A DNA stretch of 64,000 bases from Azolla caroliniana (Eukaryota > Plantae > Polypodiophyta): contig JBHGNT010000004.1 in assembly GCA_043228905.1 (NCBI GenBank), forward strand, positions 5,084,001 through 5,148,000, written 5' to 3'. A program made the translations under genes and the position numbers. The notes under the pieces are model-generated. The model saw only the letters and a program-made list of their open reading frames with translations. It was not told the DNA's origin and did not search any database. Of this stretch, positions 1-11,399 are shown piece by piece (the first letter of the stretch is position 1; each line of letters begins with the position of its first letter).

Positions 1-114
1 GCCGGGTACTCGTCATACAGTTTCGGCCTCGGCCGAGTTTGTTTATCAGCACTGTTCTTCTCCCTTCCCATCCGGAGGGACCTGTCTCCCAATAGGACGG
101 TTTTCTCCACGACA
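1..114 (-). mobile_element. Probable LTR terminus of an element related to Gypsy D, continuing left of the window
   Basis: GC-rich block ends in GTTTTCTCCACGACA, close to the D LTR end GTTTTCTTCACGACA (25714-25728). Sequence turns AT-rich right after it. Confidence 0.4.
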
Positions 115-443
115 ACGTGTTAGCTCAAAGCACAAAGCAAAGAAGTCATCGTTTCAGCCTTCAAAATCAACATTAATCACTAGTCAATCATCATGAACAA
201 GGGCAAAAAAGTCACTAGGTATGTCTCAATAAAAAGATTCCAAAAGATGCTTAAAAGATTCTTTCATAATTTTCTTGTTTAAGCAATATTGTGTCTAATG
301 TCATTTTGAAAGTTTAGAAAAGAAAAACAATTTTTGTCAAACATATTAAACAATCGCAAAGAGCACTGCATCAAGTTCTCTTGCTCTTCACAGGGAACTT
401 GTTGCACTGCATTGAGTTCTCTGTGAAAAGCAGCGAAAGATTA

Positions 444-869
444 TGTGAGTAGTTAATCACGTATGTGATTAAGCAGCAGAAGATTATGTGATATGTGTGT
501 GAGAGAAAGAGAAAGAGGAAGTTACAGTTATGTAATATGAACAATAAGACAAATGGGGGATGCTTAACAAGAGTGTAGCTAGATAACCTTTCTCTATATT
601 AATAAACATTAAAATACAAAAATACCTACAATTAGGTATTATAGATCTCATGTGCAAGGGTGCACATGTGTGAGGATAATATAGGTACAAAGATGTAAGT
701 CCTATATTAAATGTACTTGGGAGTGGAGGATTTCGAATGTATCTCACTTAAGTACAAGGTTCTATTTAAGGCTTTAAGGTCAATACACTAACTAGATTCT
801 ATTTATGTAAGCTGTAACTACTAAGTTACATTGACGAGACTAAACCTAGTCGGGCTTGATATCTCAACA
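444..869 (-). mobile_element. Solo LTR of the Copia E family (diverged)
   Basis: Reverse complement starts TGTTGAGATATCAAG and aligns along its length with the E LTRs (shared blocks include ACCTTGTACTTAAG, ATCCTCCACTCC, AGTACATTTAAT, CACACATGTGCACC). Flanks GATTA/GATAT are an imperfect TSD. No internal domains adjacent. Confidence 0.8.
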
Positions 870-1039
870 GATATCTATCAGCTATGTGTGATGGATATTT
901 GTGGCATATGGTCATATTCAACTATGAAACACTAGGTGGGGGAGAAGTTTCTTGGTAACTCAACCACTCTCTCTTAATGAACATTGATAGGCTCTTCACG
1001 TGTTCAACTCTTGGTTGTCTCGTGACATGGTGCCCTCTC

Positions 1040-1460
1040 ATTAATTGAATGGAAGCCATCATCTAGTAGAGAACATTGTAATTCTTTGCAAAAAGAATTA
1101 CTTGTGTCTTCTCGGTTATTATGTTGGTATGGAAATGAGAGATTGCGCTCTCAATTTAATCGATTGTTTGTTTCGGGGGTCAAAGAGGTGAGAGATAATG
1201 GAGGCTCGACCTCAAAGAAATTCGGAGTTTGTTGATGAGCGACAATTATTAAGCATCCCGCCCAATTATGGGTTTACCTGGCAACAACTGCAAAATATGA
1301 TGTTGATGCAAGGTTCTTTACCTTTGCCAACTGAAAAGCAATTGTGGGGTTGATTGGGGTTTACAAGGTTGAATTACGTTTTTACAAGCGACTAGTAATT
1401 TCTTATATTATTCCATTGTTGAGTCTCATTGATGACTATTTCGTAAATACATAACTTTGA
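1040..1460 (+). mobile_element. Possible highly degenerate LINE 3' fragment
   Basis: Frame-broken VW.NERLRSQFN-like segment around 1127-1160 resembles the W-x-ERN motif that follows zf-RVT in plant LINE ORF2. Boundaries approximate. Confidence 0.25.
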
Positions 1461-1771
1461 TTATGGACGATGATAAATCTCAAACTATAGTTGACATTCT
1501 AAATTGTCACTCGTAGATAATGTCTTCATTTGGAGAGTTTTGATTGGGGGGTTGCTCTAAAGCGACGTGGTATAGCAAGGGGCAATGATCTCTTTTGCAT
1601 TGTTTGAGCGGAAGATAGTATACATCGTTTATTGTTTAGGTCACACAAAACAACCCCTCGATCATTCAAGCGCTCGCTCGAACACAAAACCTTTGATGGA
1701 CGAATCATCATCCTCTCCACATTTTGGTGGCTCCTAGATCCTAATGACCCTATAGCTCTCCTAGTTCCTTC

Positions 1772-1774
<3 letters not shown>

Positions 1775-1815
<41 letters not shown>
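1775..1815. repeat. (TA)n microsatellite
   Basis: About 20 perfect TA units. Confidence 0.95.
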
Positions 1816-1820
<5 letters not shown>

Positions 1821-2123
1821 AGGATACTCTGGAAGTTCATCTATTTACCAGAATGCCCTTGGAAGTTCCAAATTTACCAAACTATCCCTATGTCTAAAAA
1901 ATTACACTTTATAAAGTAATTATACACTCAAATCTACAAGCCTTATTTACCAAAGATGGAAGAAATGGACCTGAACTAGCCCTATTTACCAAAGATTTGA
2001 GTGTAATAATTACTTAATAAAGTGTAACTTTTTGGACATAGGGATAGTTAGGTGAATTTGGAACTTTCAGGGGCATTCTGGTAAATAGACGAACTTCCAG
2101 GGGGTATCTGGGTACTTTTACCT
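1815..2123. mobile_element. Foldback / MITE with ~120-bp terminal inverted repeats (Mutator-like end)
   Basis: 1815-1935 (AGTACTAGGATACTCTGGAAGTTCATCTATTTACCAGAATGCCC...ACACTCAAATCT) is the near-perfect reverse complement of 1993-2117. The right end reads AGGTAAAAGTACCCAGATACCCC on the minus strand. The left end merges into the (TA)n tract. Confidence 0.75.
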
Positions 2124-2130
2124 ATATAAA
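2123..2130 (+). promoter_or_regulatory. TATA-like box of the FBPase gene
   Basis: TATATAAA about 50 nt upstream of ATG 2181. Confidence 0.45.
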
Positions 2131-2180
2131 ATGACCATCATCAGCAGCTCCACCTCCAAAAGTCCCAAAATCCTTCTGAG

Positions 2181-3428
2181 ATGAAAGCTGCAGGTCTTTC
2201 TCCTCCTCTGCTTGTTGGGCGGCCTCCCCTGCTTCCTCTGCCATCACTCTGTCCTGCCGCCGCCGCCTCTGTTCCCGCCGGAGATCGCCATCGCCATCGC
2301 CATCGCCATCGCCATCTCCATCTCCATCTCCGCCGCCATCTCTCCAAACCCCCTTCTCTCGCTCTTCTCCCCATGGCCAGCCATCAGCAGAGCCGCCAGG
2401 ATGGCGCCGCCACGCTCCACTCTTTCCTGAGTAGCCACCCCGCCACCACCGATGATGCCATGGTCATCCTGCTCACCCACCTCCAAGCAGCCTGTACCAC
2501 CATCTCCTCCCTGCTTGCATCCCCGGCCACAGTCATGGCCGCATCTCAGAAGAAGAAACCATTACCCACGTCGTCCCCATCATCATCATCATCATCCGTC
2601 GATGGGAGGGATGCTCCCAAACCTTTGGACCTCATCGCGGTAAAACATCATTCTCTTGATCTTTTGGTTCTCTCTCTTTTTTGCTGTAGAATTTCAGGTT
2701 TAGACATGATTATGCTCCCATGTGCTCAAAACACCTGCAAGAAACAAGTTTTTCGGGCAGCATTTTTATTTTCTTATATGGGAAAAACAGAACCCCCCGT
2801 GTGCAAAATGTATGAGGTAAAGTGGGGAAAAACTTTTTCCCCGCACGGAGAAAAAATCTTGTGTAAGATCATACACTGTTGAAGAGTGTAGGAAAAGCAT
2901 GAAGGAATATTGGGCTCCTCCGACATAAGCTCATATCATTGAACATGGTTAGGAAACACAGTGAAAGTAACTCTTTTCCACATGGGATATGTTTAGAACA
3001 TGGGAACCTTCAGTACAGCTAGGTATGTGGAAAAGCTCCTAAATTATGATCATTGTAGGAAAATCCACGATGTAAAGATAAGAAAGTCAGGGAAACATGA
3101 GGGCAAGGGAAGGGGGATCTTCTCCCAAAACCAATTTGCATCAGGAAAGGAAAGAAAAAAGCTTTCATATTTATAGACAAGAAGAACAAGAGTGCAAGAG
3201 TGGTTTAGCGAAGACCAGAACAATTCGAATTTGAAAAAGACAGAAAAAATTATATCATATTTGTATAGAAGAAGAACAAGGATAAGAAGTTGAGTACAAG
3301 AGTGGTTTAGCTGAAGACCAATGCTGACTCTAGATTGGTTTTGAAAACATTATTGACTTTCTCGATTTGTAGTCATTCGGAATGTTATAATAATGTAAAA
3401 CTGTTACAATCAACATATATATGTATGC

Positions 3429-3467
<39 letters not shown>

Positions 3468-4931
3468 TAGCCCATTGGTTAAGTTTTTGGAACATGCATG
3501 AAGGAGGTCATGGGTTCAACACCCCCTAAAATGTATGACCGCTGTCTAAAGCTTTCTTTGTATGTGTAGCAAGATATGGCCAGATGCTCATAGAGAAGCT
3601 CACATTGCAAATGGATCATTTTCCACCTGGGATAAAGCCTACAACTTGGGGAAACATATGGAAAATTCCCATTAGCATCCCCCCTTCTCCCCAGCCACTA
3701 CTTTTTATGAGTGCGCACAAGCATGACCATTGTCTGTTTCTATATAAAAATTGCCTTAAATTTCTTGTTGCATTGTGTGTATGCATGTGCGAAGAATGAT
3801 ATAATAAAGAAGGCTCTTCAAGCTTCCAACAAGGTTTCCGCTATAGCATCTGAAGAGGAGGATTCACCTGTATGGTTCAACGATGATGGCCCTTATGTGG
3901 TTGTGTTTGACCCGCTTGATGGTTCAAGAAACATCGATGCATCCATTCCAACTGGGAGCATTTTCGGCATTTACCGAAGACTAGAAGAAGCCGACGCATT
4001 GCCGGAGCAAGAAAAAGCTGAGTTGAATGTGCTTCAGAGAGGAGAGAGGCTCGTTGCCGCAGTGTATACCTTGTACTCCTCTGCTACCATTTTATGTTTG
4101 TCTCTTGGGTCCGGCACCCATGCCTTCACTCTCGACCACTCCATTGGAGACTTTGTTCTGACTAATCCGAATTTGACCATCCCAGAAAGAGGTATACACA
4201 ACTTTAGTTGGTATATTTGTTCAAGAAAATGCTTTTTGCCTAAAAAGTGAAAACCCTTTATTTATACCCAGGTAAAAATTTTCCATGGAAAAAATCACAA
4301 AATTTGAAAGTTCCTCTTCTAGAATATCTCAAACTTTGCAGGCTTTTATAATTTCAAGTTTAAAATATAAAGGTGATTTTCAAATTTTGCTGGTGTAAAT
4401 TACGCTTGACTGCTGGTTTTTGTTGATTTTGGAATCTGTGATGCTAATTCTCATCAAGCAATGCATTATCACATCATATTTCTAAATAGTTGGTATTGAT
4501 TCAAAATGCTTTTGTGTTTTCTATTTATAGGGCAAATATACTCTGTCAATGATGCAAGATACTTTGATTGGCCTAAAGGTCTACAAAGCTACATCGATGA
4601 TGTACGACAAGGCAAGGGCAAGAATCCCAAAAAATATTCTGCAAGATATATATGCTCACTTGTAGCTGACTTTCATCGGACCATACTCTATGGTGGAGTG
4701 GCAATGAATCCTAGGGCACATTTACGGTTAGTATATGAAGCTAATCCTCTAAGCTTTATTGCTGAGCAAGCTGGTGGAAAAGGCTCAGATGGTGTCCGTC
4801 GTATCCTCGATATACAACCAAATAAATTACATCAACGCCTTCCCCTCTTTCTCGGTAGCACTGATGATGTCGAGGAACTTATGAGCTATGGAAATGTACA
4901 ACAACTTGTCAATCCTGGCTATGAGGTTTAG
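2181..4931 (+). CDS. FBP: Plastid fructose-1,6-bisphosphatase, cpFBPase-II type; join(2181..2639,3795..4191,4531..4931), 418 aa
   Basis: GT-AG introns 2640-3794 (phase 0) and 4192-4530 (phase 1) give a continuous frame: GRDAPKPLDLIA|NDII, IASEEED, VVFDPLDGSRNIDASIPTGSIFGIY, PER|GQIYSVN, YSARYICSLVADFHRT, HLRLVYEANP, C-terminus QQLVNPGYEV. Ser/Pro/Arg-rich N-terminus resembles a transit peptide. Confidence 0.93.
2286..2339 (+). repeat. Coding hexamer repeat (CGCCAT)n/(CTCCAT)n encoding RHRHRHRHRHLHLHL
   Basis: Directly visible in FBPase exon 1. Confidence 0.85.
3432..3462. repeat. (TA)n microsatellite in FBPase intron 1
   Basis: About 15 TA units. Confidence 0.9.
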
Positions 4932-5118
4932 GAATTGCAATAGTACTCAAATTGTATAGTGCCTGTAGATAACATATGTGTATTATGTGTTTTTATCCTT
5001 TTTGAGATATCTTAACCTGTCATATTTTGTAAGCAATTTTCCATTTATTTTTTGGAAGCACCTATTGGGCTAGCTTTTGGTCATTTGTATACTTTTTAAG
5101 GTTAATTCTATACAAATA

Positions 5119-5370
5119 CTCATTGTAACGACCTCGACCTTCTTGCATGCAAACCCTCCCTTTCCCCAAATAAATTGAATCTAATTATTTGGCCTTTCCT
5201 CTTCTTCCACAAGTCTTACCTTTGGAGGCCTCACAATAGGAAGCAACAACATTGGTATTGGTTGATTCTAAGTAAATGCTCTCATTGTCACAATCTTGGC
5301 CTTCTTGCATGCAAACCCCTCCCTTTCCTCAAGTAAATTTAATCTAATTATTTGGTCTTCTTCCACAACC
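5119..5370 (+). repeat. Diverged ~95-bp direct repeat pair
   Basis: CTCATTGT...CCTTCTTGCATGCAAACCC...AATCTAATTATTTGG...CTTCTTCCACAA occurs at ~5119-5212 and ~5281-5368. Confidence 0.7.
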
Positions 5371-8300
5371 TTGCAATCAACATTGAGTGTATCTGCCCGT
5401 TTCTCTTAATTTCAAAACTTGGCATATTTTTGAGCCATGATGTAAATTGGCATATTCAACTACATGCCCTTTAATCTTGCTAATGCTAGCTATAAAGCTC
5501 GTGCAAAGTGAGTTGCAATTCTTGGGATAAAATCAAACCTTGTTATGCATGAAGTGTAATGCCAAGTATTGTCTCATCTCTTGTCAACATGGGTGAATCC
5601 GTATCAACTTGACACAATCAAACAATGTACTAGAGTTTTTCTAATCACTATATATGCTAATTATTGTTGTCCATCAAACATTCTGATACAAGAATAGTCT
5701 TGGATGGAACTTTGTATTCTAAATCAATTATTGAGGTGTAATCAAACAATCCAAATGAGTTCTTGTTATAAGTCATAATATGTACTCAAGTTATTACTGT
5801 GCAATTTGCCTTTTTAATACTCATAATATATGCATTATTTTTTTGTTATGAGGTAGGGTTGCCGTTTTCAACACTTGGATTGTGTTTTTTATGAGCAAGA
5901 GATTAACATGAATGATCTCAACTAAAAGTTTTAAAATTTTGAGATGATAACCCACTATCTTAAGGGTGAAAAGTGGATACTTTACAATGCACCACATGTT
6001 TACCTATTTTTAGTTTAAGAAGTATACACATGAATCTATCATGTAATAATTTGCTAGATATTGGGCTGAGTTAGAACATCTAAAACCCCTATAGCGCCAA
6101 CGAATTCACATTGTAGTATGATACATAATGTCTTGTTATTTTCCCTATGTAATGATGACATAATGTCTTTCGAACTGTTAATTATACTCACTCAAAATTA
6201 CTCGCTCAAAATTAAAACCTACAACCATTTTTTGACAATGGAATATTCATTCCGAATCATTTGTTATATTACTAGCATGTTGCTTGTAATGTGGTTAATT
6301 ATTGTTGTTATCACTACACCCCAATATCAACACAAGAAAGCTGCAACTTGTCTATGATAGCAAAATTGGTTTTACTCTTGCAATAAACCATCATTCATAA
6401 GAAATAAGTTTACCAAATATTCACATTAGGCTCTTACTTGAGACTTGTGAAAGTCAAATTGAGTGATTCATGGTTTTAGGCTTGAACTAATGAATGTCGT
6501 ATTAGTGAATGGGAATAATTGTAATGTTGTAATGAATAGACTTGGACAAAGTAGGTTAACTAGACAAGGCAAGGGCAAACCTAAGTGAAAACTAAGGGTA
6601 AAACTAGGTAAGGCAATATAAAGTGTACAAGGTATGGATATATGTATATTTGAGGCACCACAATAGTACAAGGAAAAGAAATGTATTAAAGGCGAGACAA
6701 AAGTTCAAGGAAAAGGGATGTATTCGTTAATCATGTTGATCTACTAGAGGACAATCCCCTTCAACATCTGTTATCATAGAACAATATTCTATTGTCTTTC
6801 TTACCATTTCATAGTCTTTTATGACATAACCGCCCACTAGTGCAATTTGTTTTCAAATCATTCTATCAACTTGGTTCATTGTCTATGTTCCATTTAAGCC
6901 TAGGCATTCTAAATAACACTTCGTCCTCCCCACCAAATCTTATTGCATCACCGAGCTAGATGGGGTTTTTATTGGAGTCTTGTAAAAATTGTGTAGTCGA
7001 CAAAAGAGCTCCTTACAACTGGCACTATCCCCTTCCATGTCAATAAGACATTTTTTACTCACTCACATGATATTACTAGATTGGGATTTTGGCCATTCTA
7101 TGATACTCTCCACAACTTGTTTCCATGTGGACTCTATATAATGGCTCACTCCCAATGTTGTGACCAACCCAACACATATTGCTTTGTCAATCTTTATCCA
7201 ACCAATTACCTAAAAATTATATGTAGCTTTAGTGCTATGAGATGAAGGTCATGTGTTCAAGCCACACCAAGACTGAAACACTTTGAGTGTGTGGTTTGTC
7301 CAAACAAAATGATAAATAGGTTTGATTTCCACATGAAATATTGGATTGTTATATGTTTTGACCACCTTTAACATGTCTATTGGCTCCTACGTATACATAT
7401 TGAAAATACTCTAAATATTTTCACATTAGTAAAAAAGAAAACCTTCAATACACAAGACGCGTAAATATAGATAATTTTTTAGAACAAGTGTTTGAGGCAT
7501 TTTCCTTGTGGCAAAGAAAAGGAGCCCAGTTTCCTTTATGCTCCATCGTGGCAATGTTCGAGAAAGTGGTGTCTTGGTTAATCAAAAGTAGCTTACACTT
7601 GAATTGTTAGATCGTAAAACTATATAGGGGTTCAATCTCCAATGGAAAGATATAGATAGTGTTAAAAGTTGCAACAAATTTATGTTAACTTCTTGTAAAT
7701 TCCTATTAATGGAAGCACGAGAAGGGAAACCAAATGATTTTACAAAGGGGGCATTATTGCACAAAAGTATATGGAAAATCTATAAAGAAAGATATAAGCT
7801 TTGATTGTGTGGACAAACTTGAATTCATAAATTGATATATCTAACCAAGATAGTACAAAGAAAGCAATGAAAACTCACATCTCATGTATAAAACATTGTG
7901 ATCCTCATTTTGGTGTAGTTGCTCAATTGAAGGGTTCAAATTGATGCAAACCACTGCATAGCGAGGACTTCAATGAAACATTTATGGTTGTGAGACAACC
8001 ATGTCTTTTGTCCTCTATTCGTGGTGATTATGAACCTTCTACGATGGGGAAATATCATTTTGCATGTTGATGTGGTAGAGCGCAACTAAACTCCTCACAA
8101 TATGAGGAAGTGGGCAACAACATACGAATACCAACGAGTGCTCCATTGCTTGCAAATATGTATGGGATCCACAAAACGGTGGTGGATGACCACAGATTGA
8201 GGACGCAGTTTCTCCCGAACCTTCTATACAACAATGCAACGAGGCTATAGATGTTGATGTGGGCCAAAGCGACAACCGAATACCCACTTGTGGGAGTGGC

Positions 8301-8695
8301 GTCGAGCTACATACGGTCGGGTGCCAATGCATACTTAGTTTGGTATGTGGGTCGAGTGCTTGTGGACGGGGTGTGGGCAGGCGAAGGCCAGGCCACAAGG
8401 GAATGGCCATTGGTGAAGGCATGAGGATGTCTGAGACAAGATTGTGACCAACGTTAGTGAAGGTAGGACCGCGACCAACGCGGTCATCGATTTATTCATG
8501 GGGCACATTAGAAAGAGATCTCTTGTGGCAAGTCCTTCGTAAGGTTTCGAGAATTTATGTTTATGTCCCCTTTGTTCTGTTTAATTAAAATTACAGCCTT
8601 TTGTTTTTTTTTTTCTTCTGTCTCAAAACGAATAAAGGGACAGACAGAGACATACACAGAGAGAGAAAGATATACACAGAGCTGCTGTTCTGGCT

Positions 8696-8743
8696 ATGGC
8701 GGTCTGCAGCTTCTCTGTATCAGAGATCCGTTTGGTCTTCTAG
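8696..8743 (+). promoter_or_regulatory. Upstream ORF (MAVCSFSVSEIRLVF*) in the 5'-UTR exon of the DUF1644 gene
   Basis: GCTATGGCG start context, 15 codons then TAG. Lies between a GA-rich leader and a CT-rich tract, upstream of donor AAG|GTACGG at 8815/8816. Confidence 0.55.
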
Positions 8744-8815
8744 CTTCTCCTTATCCCTCCCTCCCTCTCTCGATCGCGCTCTCTCCTCTGTACAGAAGAG
8801 TCCAAGGAAAGAAAG

Positions 8816-9818
8816 GTACGGATCTGAATTTGTCTCTCCCTCTCCGTTTTCATCTGTTGACGGTTGCGATCTTCCGACGTACTCCCTCCATGGATTCTCC
8901 TTTTCTGTTTTGTTTCCTTTCTATCTTGCTGTGCATGCTTTGTGTGGATCTGCTTGCTTTGATCTCTTCGTATTTTCACACCCTATTGTATCAACGGTAT
9001 GTATAATTGTAGAGCGTGAAATCGTAGGAAGAATAAAAAAGATAAATGTTCCACAGTCTGGACATCCTTCTATGCGGAGATATCTGGTTTAGTGGTTTTT
9101 TGTTTGTTCTGTGCATCCGCCACTTTTGTACATGATTTTCCTCTCTTTCACGATACATGTATCTTTTACGAATCCTGAATTTGGTTTTGCAGTAAAACAT
9201 GGCTTTCTTTCATCATTCATTCCTAATGCTTAAGTCTTTGCTATTCTGCCAGTATATATCAATCGTGTTAGCGATTTCGGAACTTGTATGTGCTTCAACA
9301 TCTGTTTCTATTTATTATCCACTCCCGCAATGCCTGTGCTGTTGACTATTCTTTCGTTACTTCATTCTGTTATGGATTCTCTAATGTGTTAGTTCAAAAT
9401 TTGATTCTTTTAATCCCCATCCTGTCAATGTTTTCGTTTTCAGCATTATTTCAGTATATTTCAATCTATTTGGGATTCTTGACTTCTGTTTGTTATAAAA
9501 CATTCATTTTTTTATCATCCACTCCGTAGTACTCGTGTTATTCTTATTCTTTCAGTGAATATGAGTCCGCTAGATACTCTACTTCTTTTACCATCCATTA
9601 TTGTAACGGCAATTTCAACTATAATTTTCTTATCTAATTGTCTGTTATGGACTCTTGTCTTTGCTAGGGATTTTTCTCTTTTTTTATCATCCATTCCTGC
9701 AATGCTTATCTATGTGAACTGTTTCATATCAATTTGTAGGGATTCTGGACTCAGTTTTTGCTTTAAAAACATCCATCCTCACAATGCTAACAGAGACAAA
9801 ACTAAAGTGATTTTTCAG
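8816..9818 (+). other. 5'-UTR intron of the DUF1644 gene
   Basis: Donor AG|GTACGG, T-rich body, branch-like GCTAAC at 9786-9791, acceptor TTTTTCAG|G 23 nt before ATG 9842. Confidence 0.65.
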
Positions 9819-9841
9819 GTTTTTACTGGCATACAGTCAAA

Positions 9842-10999
9842 ATGCCTAAAGATAAAAGCAATTATGCATCAGCATCACAGAAAAGTAGGCATCATCCATA
9901 CATTAAACCTTATTCAAGAAAAGGAAAAGCACAAGTAGAAGGAGAGTCTTCCAAAGTTTCCTCAGGAAAGAATGAGTGGAAAGATGCACTTTGTTCTGTA
10001 TGTATGGAGATCCCACATAATGCTGTTTTACTCATTTGTTCTGCACATGATAAAGGATGCCGACCATACATATGTAATACGAGCTATCGGCATTCTAATT
10101 GCCTAGATCGGTATCAGACGGCTCATCTTGGGAAAGTGAAGACATGTGCTTCGAGAACTGCAACAGAAAGCTCATCCGGTGGCCAAGCTTTAGAAGCAGG
10201 AGTTAGAAGGTCGCAAACTATCTTGGACAATGGTTCCATCAGAGCAAATACAAGAAATGCTCTCTCGAATGGAGTAACTGAAGCTATAATGGTGAACGAA
10301 GAAGATCTTGAATCAATATCCGTTGATCAAGGAGATGAATGCACTGATCATGAAGTAGAACATGGGGGATCTACTTCCTTAAATGCCTCAGGGCATGGTG
10401 TGAAGGGTCTCATCTGTCCTCTTTGTAGAGGTAAGGTGAAAGGATGGAAAGTGGTCAATGCAGCTCGGGACTATCTCAACCACACTGCTCGAATTTGTGC
10501 AAATGTGTCTTGCTCATTCGAGGGTAATTATGAGGAGCTTCGAGTGCATGCTAGACGGGAACACCCGTTAGCTCGACCCTCGGAAATTGATCCAATACGT
10601 CAAAGAAGTTGGAGCCGCATGGAGAGAAGAAGAGATGTGGGTGATGTTCTTAGTACTATTCACTCTACTATCCCTGGTGCAACAGTTATGGGTGATTATG
10701 TAATTGAACATGATGAGGAAGAAGGAGAAGATGGTGCAGATTTTCCAGGTGATGATGGACATTGGTGGACTGTCTTTTTGCTCTTCCAAATCTTTGGGCC
10801 ATCATCGAGCAACATTACAAATGAAGGGATGCGTTTGCGTAGCCAATCACGCGTGCCTCGTCGAAGCTTGTGGGGTGAAAGTTTGCCACGTAGTGGACAT
10901 GTAGATGCATTGACATCATCAGAAAGTAGCGATCATGAAGAACAAGTGCGTAGGTCTTCTAGAAGACAACAAAGAAATCGTCATAGAGCTAATAGATAG
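9842..10999 (+). CDS. DUF1644-family plant zinc-finger protein, 385 aa, single coding exon
   Basis: Family-typical blocks W..ALCSVCMEIPHNAVLLICSAHDKGCRPYICNTSYRHSNCLD, LICPLCRGKVKGWKVV, C2H2-like C..VSCSFEGNYEELRVHARREHP, RDVGDVLSTIHS..PGA.VMGDYVIE, WWTVFLL. Confidence 0.9.
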   Translation: MPKDKSNYASASQKSRHHPYIKPYSRKGKAQVEGESSKVSSGKNEWKDALCSVCMEIPHNAVLLICSAHDKGCRPYICNTSYRHSNCLDRYQTAHLGKVKTCASRTATESSSGGQALEAGVRRSQTILDNGSIRANTRNALSNGVTEAIMVNEEDLESISVDQGDECTDHEVEHGGSTSLNASGHGVKGLICPLCRGKVKGWKVVNAARDYLNHTARICANVSCSFEGNYEELRVHARREHPLARPSEIDPIRQRSWSRMERRRDVGDVLSTIHSTIPGATVMGDYVIEHDEEEGEDGADFPGDDGHWWTVFLLFQIFGPSSSNITNEGMRLRSQSRVPRRSLWGESLPRSGHVDALTSSESSDHEEQVRRSSRRQQRNRHRANR

Positions 11000-11399
11000 C
11001 ACAAATGCTGGAAGTATTGATTTGATTATTTTACATCATGGTAGGATTTTCTTGGTGCGATTTGTGGGTGATGGAAGTATATAGTTAGTAAATAGTATTC
11101 ATAAGGGCCATGATATTTTTGGTTGAGATTCGTGTCAACCACATCAAACTGTTATAGTTCCTTATCGTCATGTTGATGACATGCCTTGTCGTTTATAAGA
11201 TGCATTTACGTTGTCAAATTTATATAAATGCTCTTCTCAAGGTCTAGAAAATGTACAATGGTTATTGTTTCATTCTAGGTCTTGATGAACTAGGTCACCG
11301 TATCACATCAGGTGTTAAAAGTAGCCACAAAGTTTGTTCATGTGATGAAGGCCTCAAAGATGTCAATGATAGAAATTGGGATTCCTTGGATACAATTTT

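Noticed and set aside
1526-1919. ORFs containing YIYIYI runs (also near 3335 and 56945)
   Set aside because: Translations of (TA)n microsatellites.
2131-2184. 17-codon ORF whose TGA overlaps the FBPase ATG
   Set aside because: It starts immediately after the TATA-like box, so it is probably upstream of the TSS; no support without transcript data.
2640-2882. C-terminal part of the 233-aa track ORF
   Set aside because: Read-through into intron 1; FBPase similarity stops at the GT donor.
5900-8500. Short ORFs and possible old transposon debris
   Set aside because: No recognisable domain, termini or TSD could be supported by eye.
8557-9938. 100-160 aa hydrophobic ORFs upstream of the DUF1644 CDS
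   Set aside because: They fall in the CT-rich leader and T-rich intron; composition artefacts.
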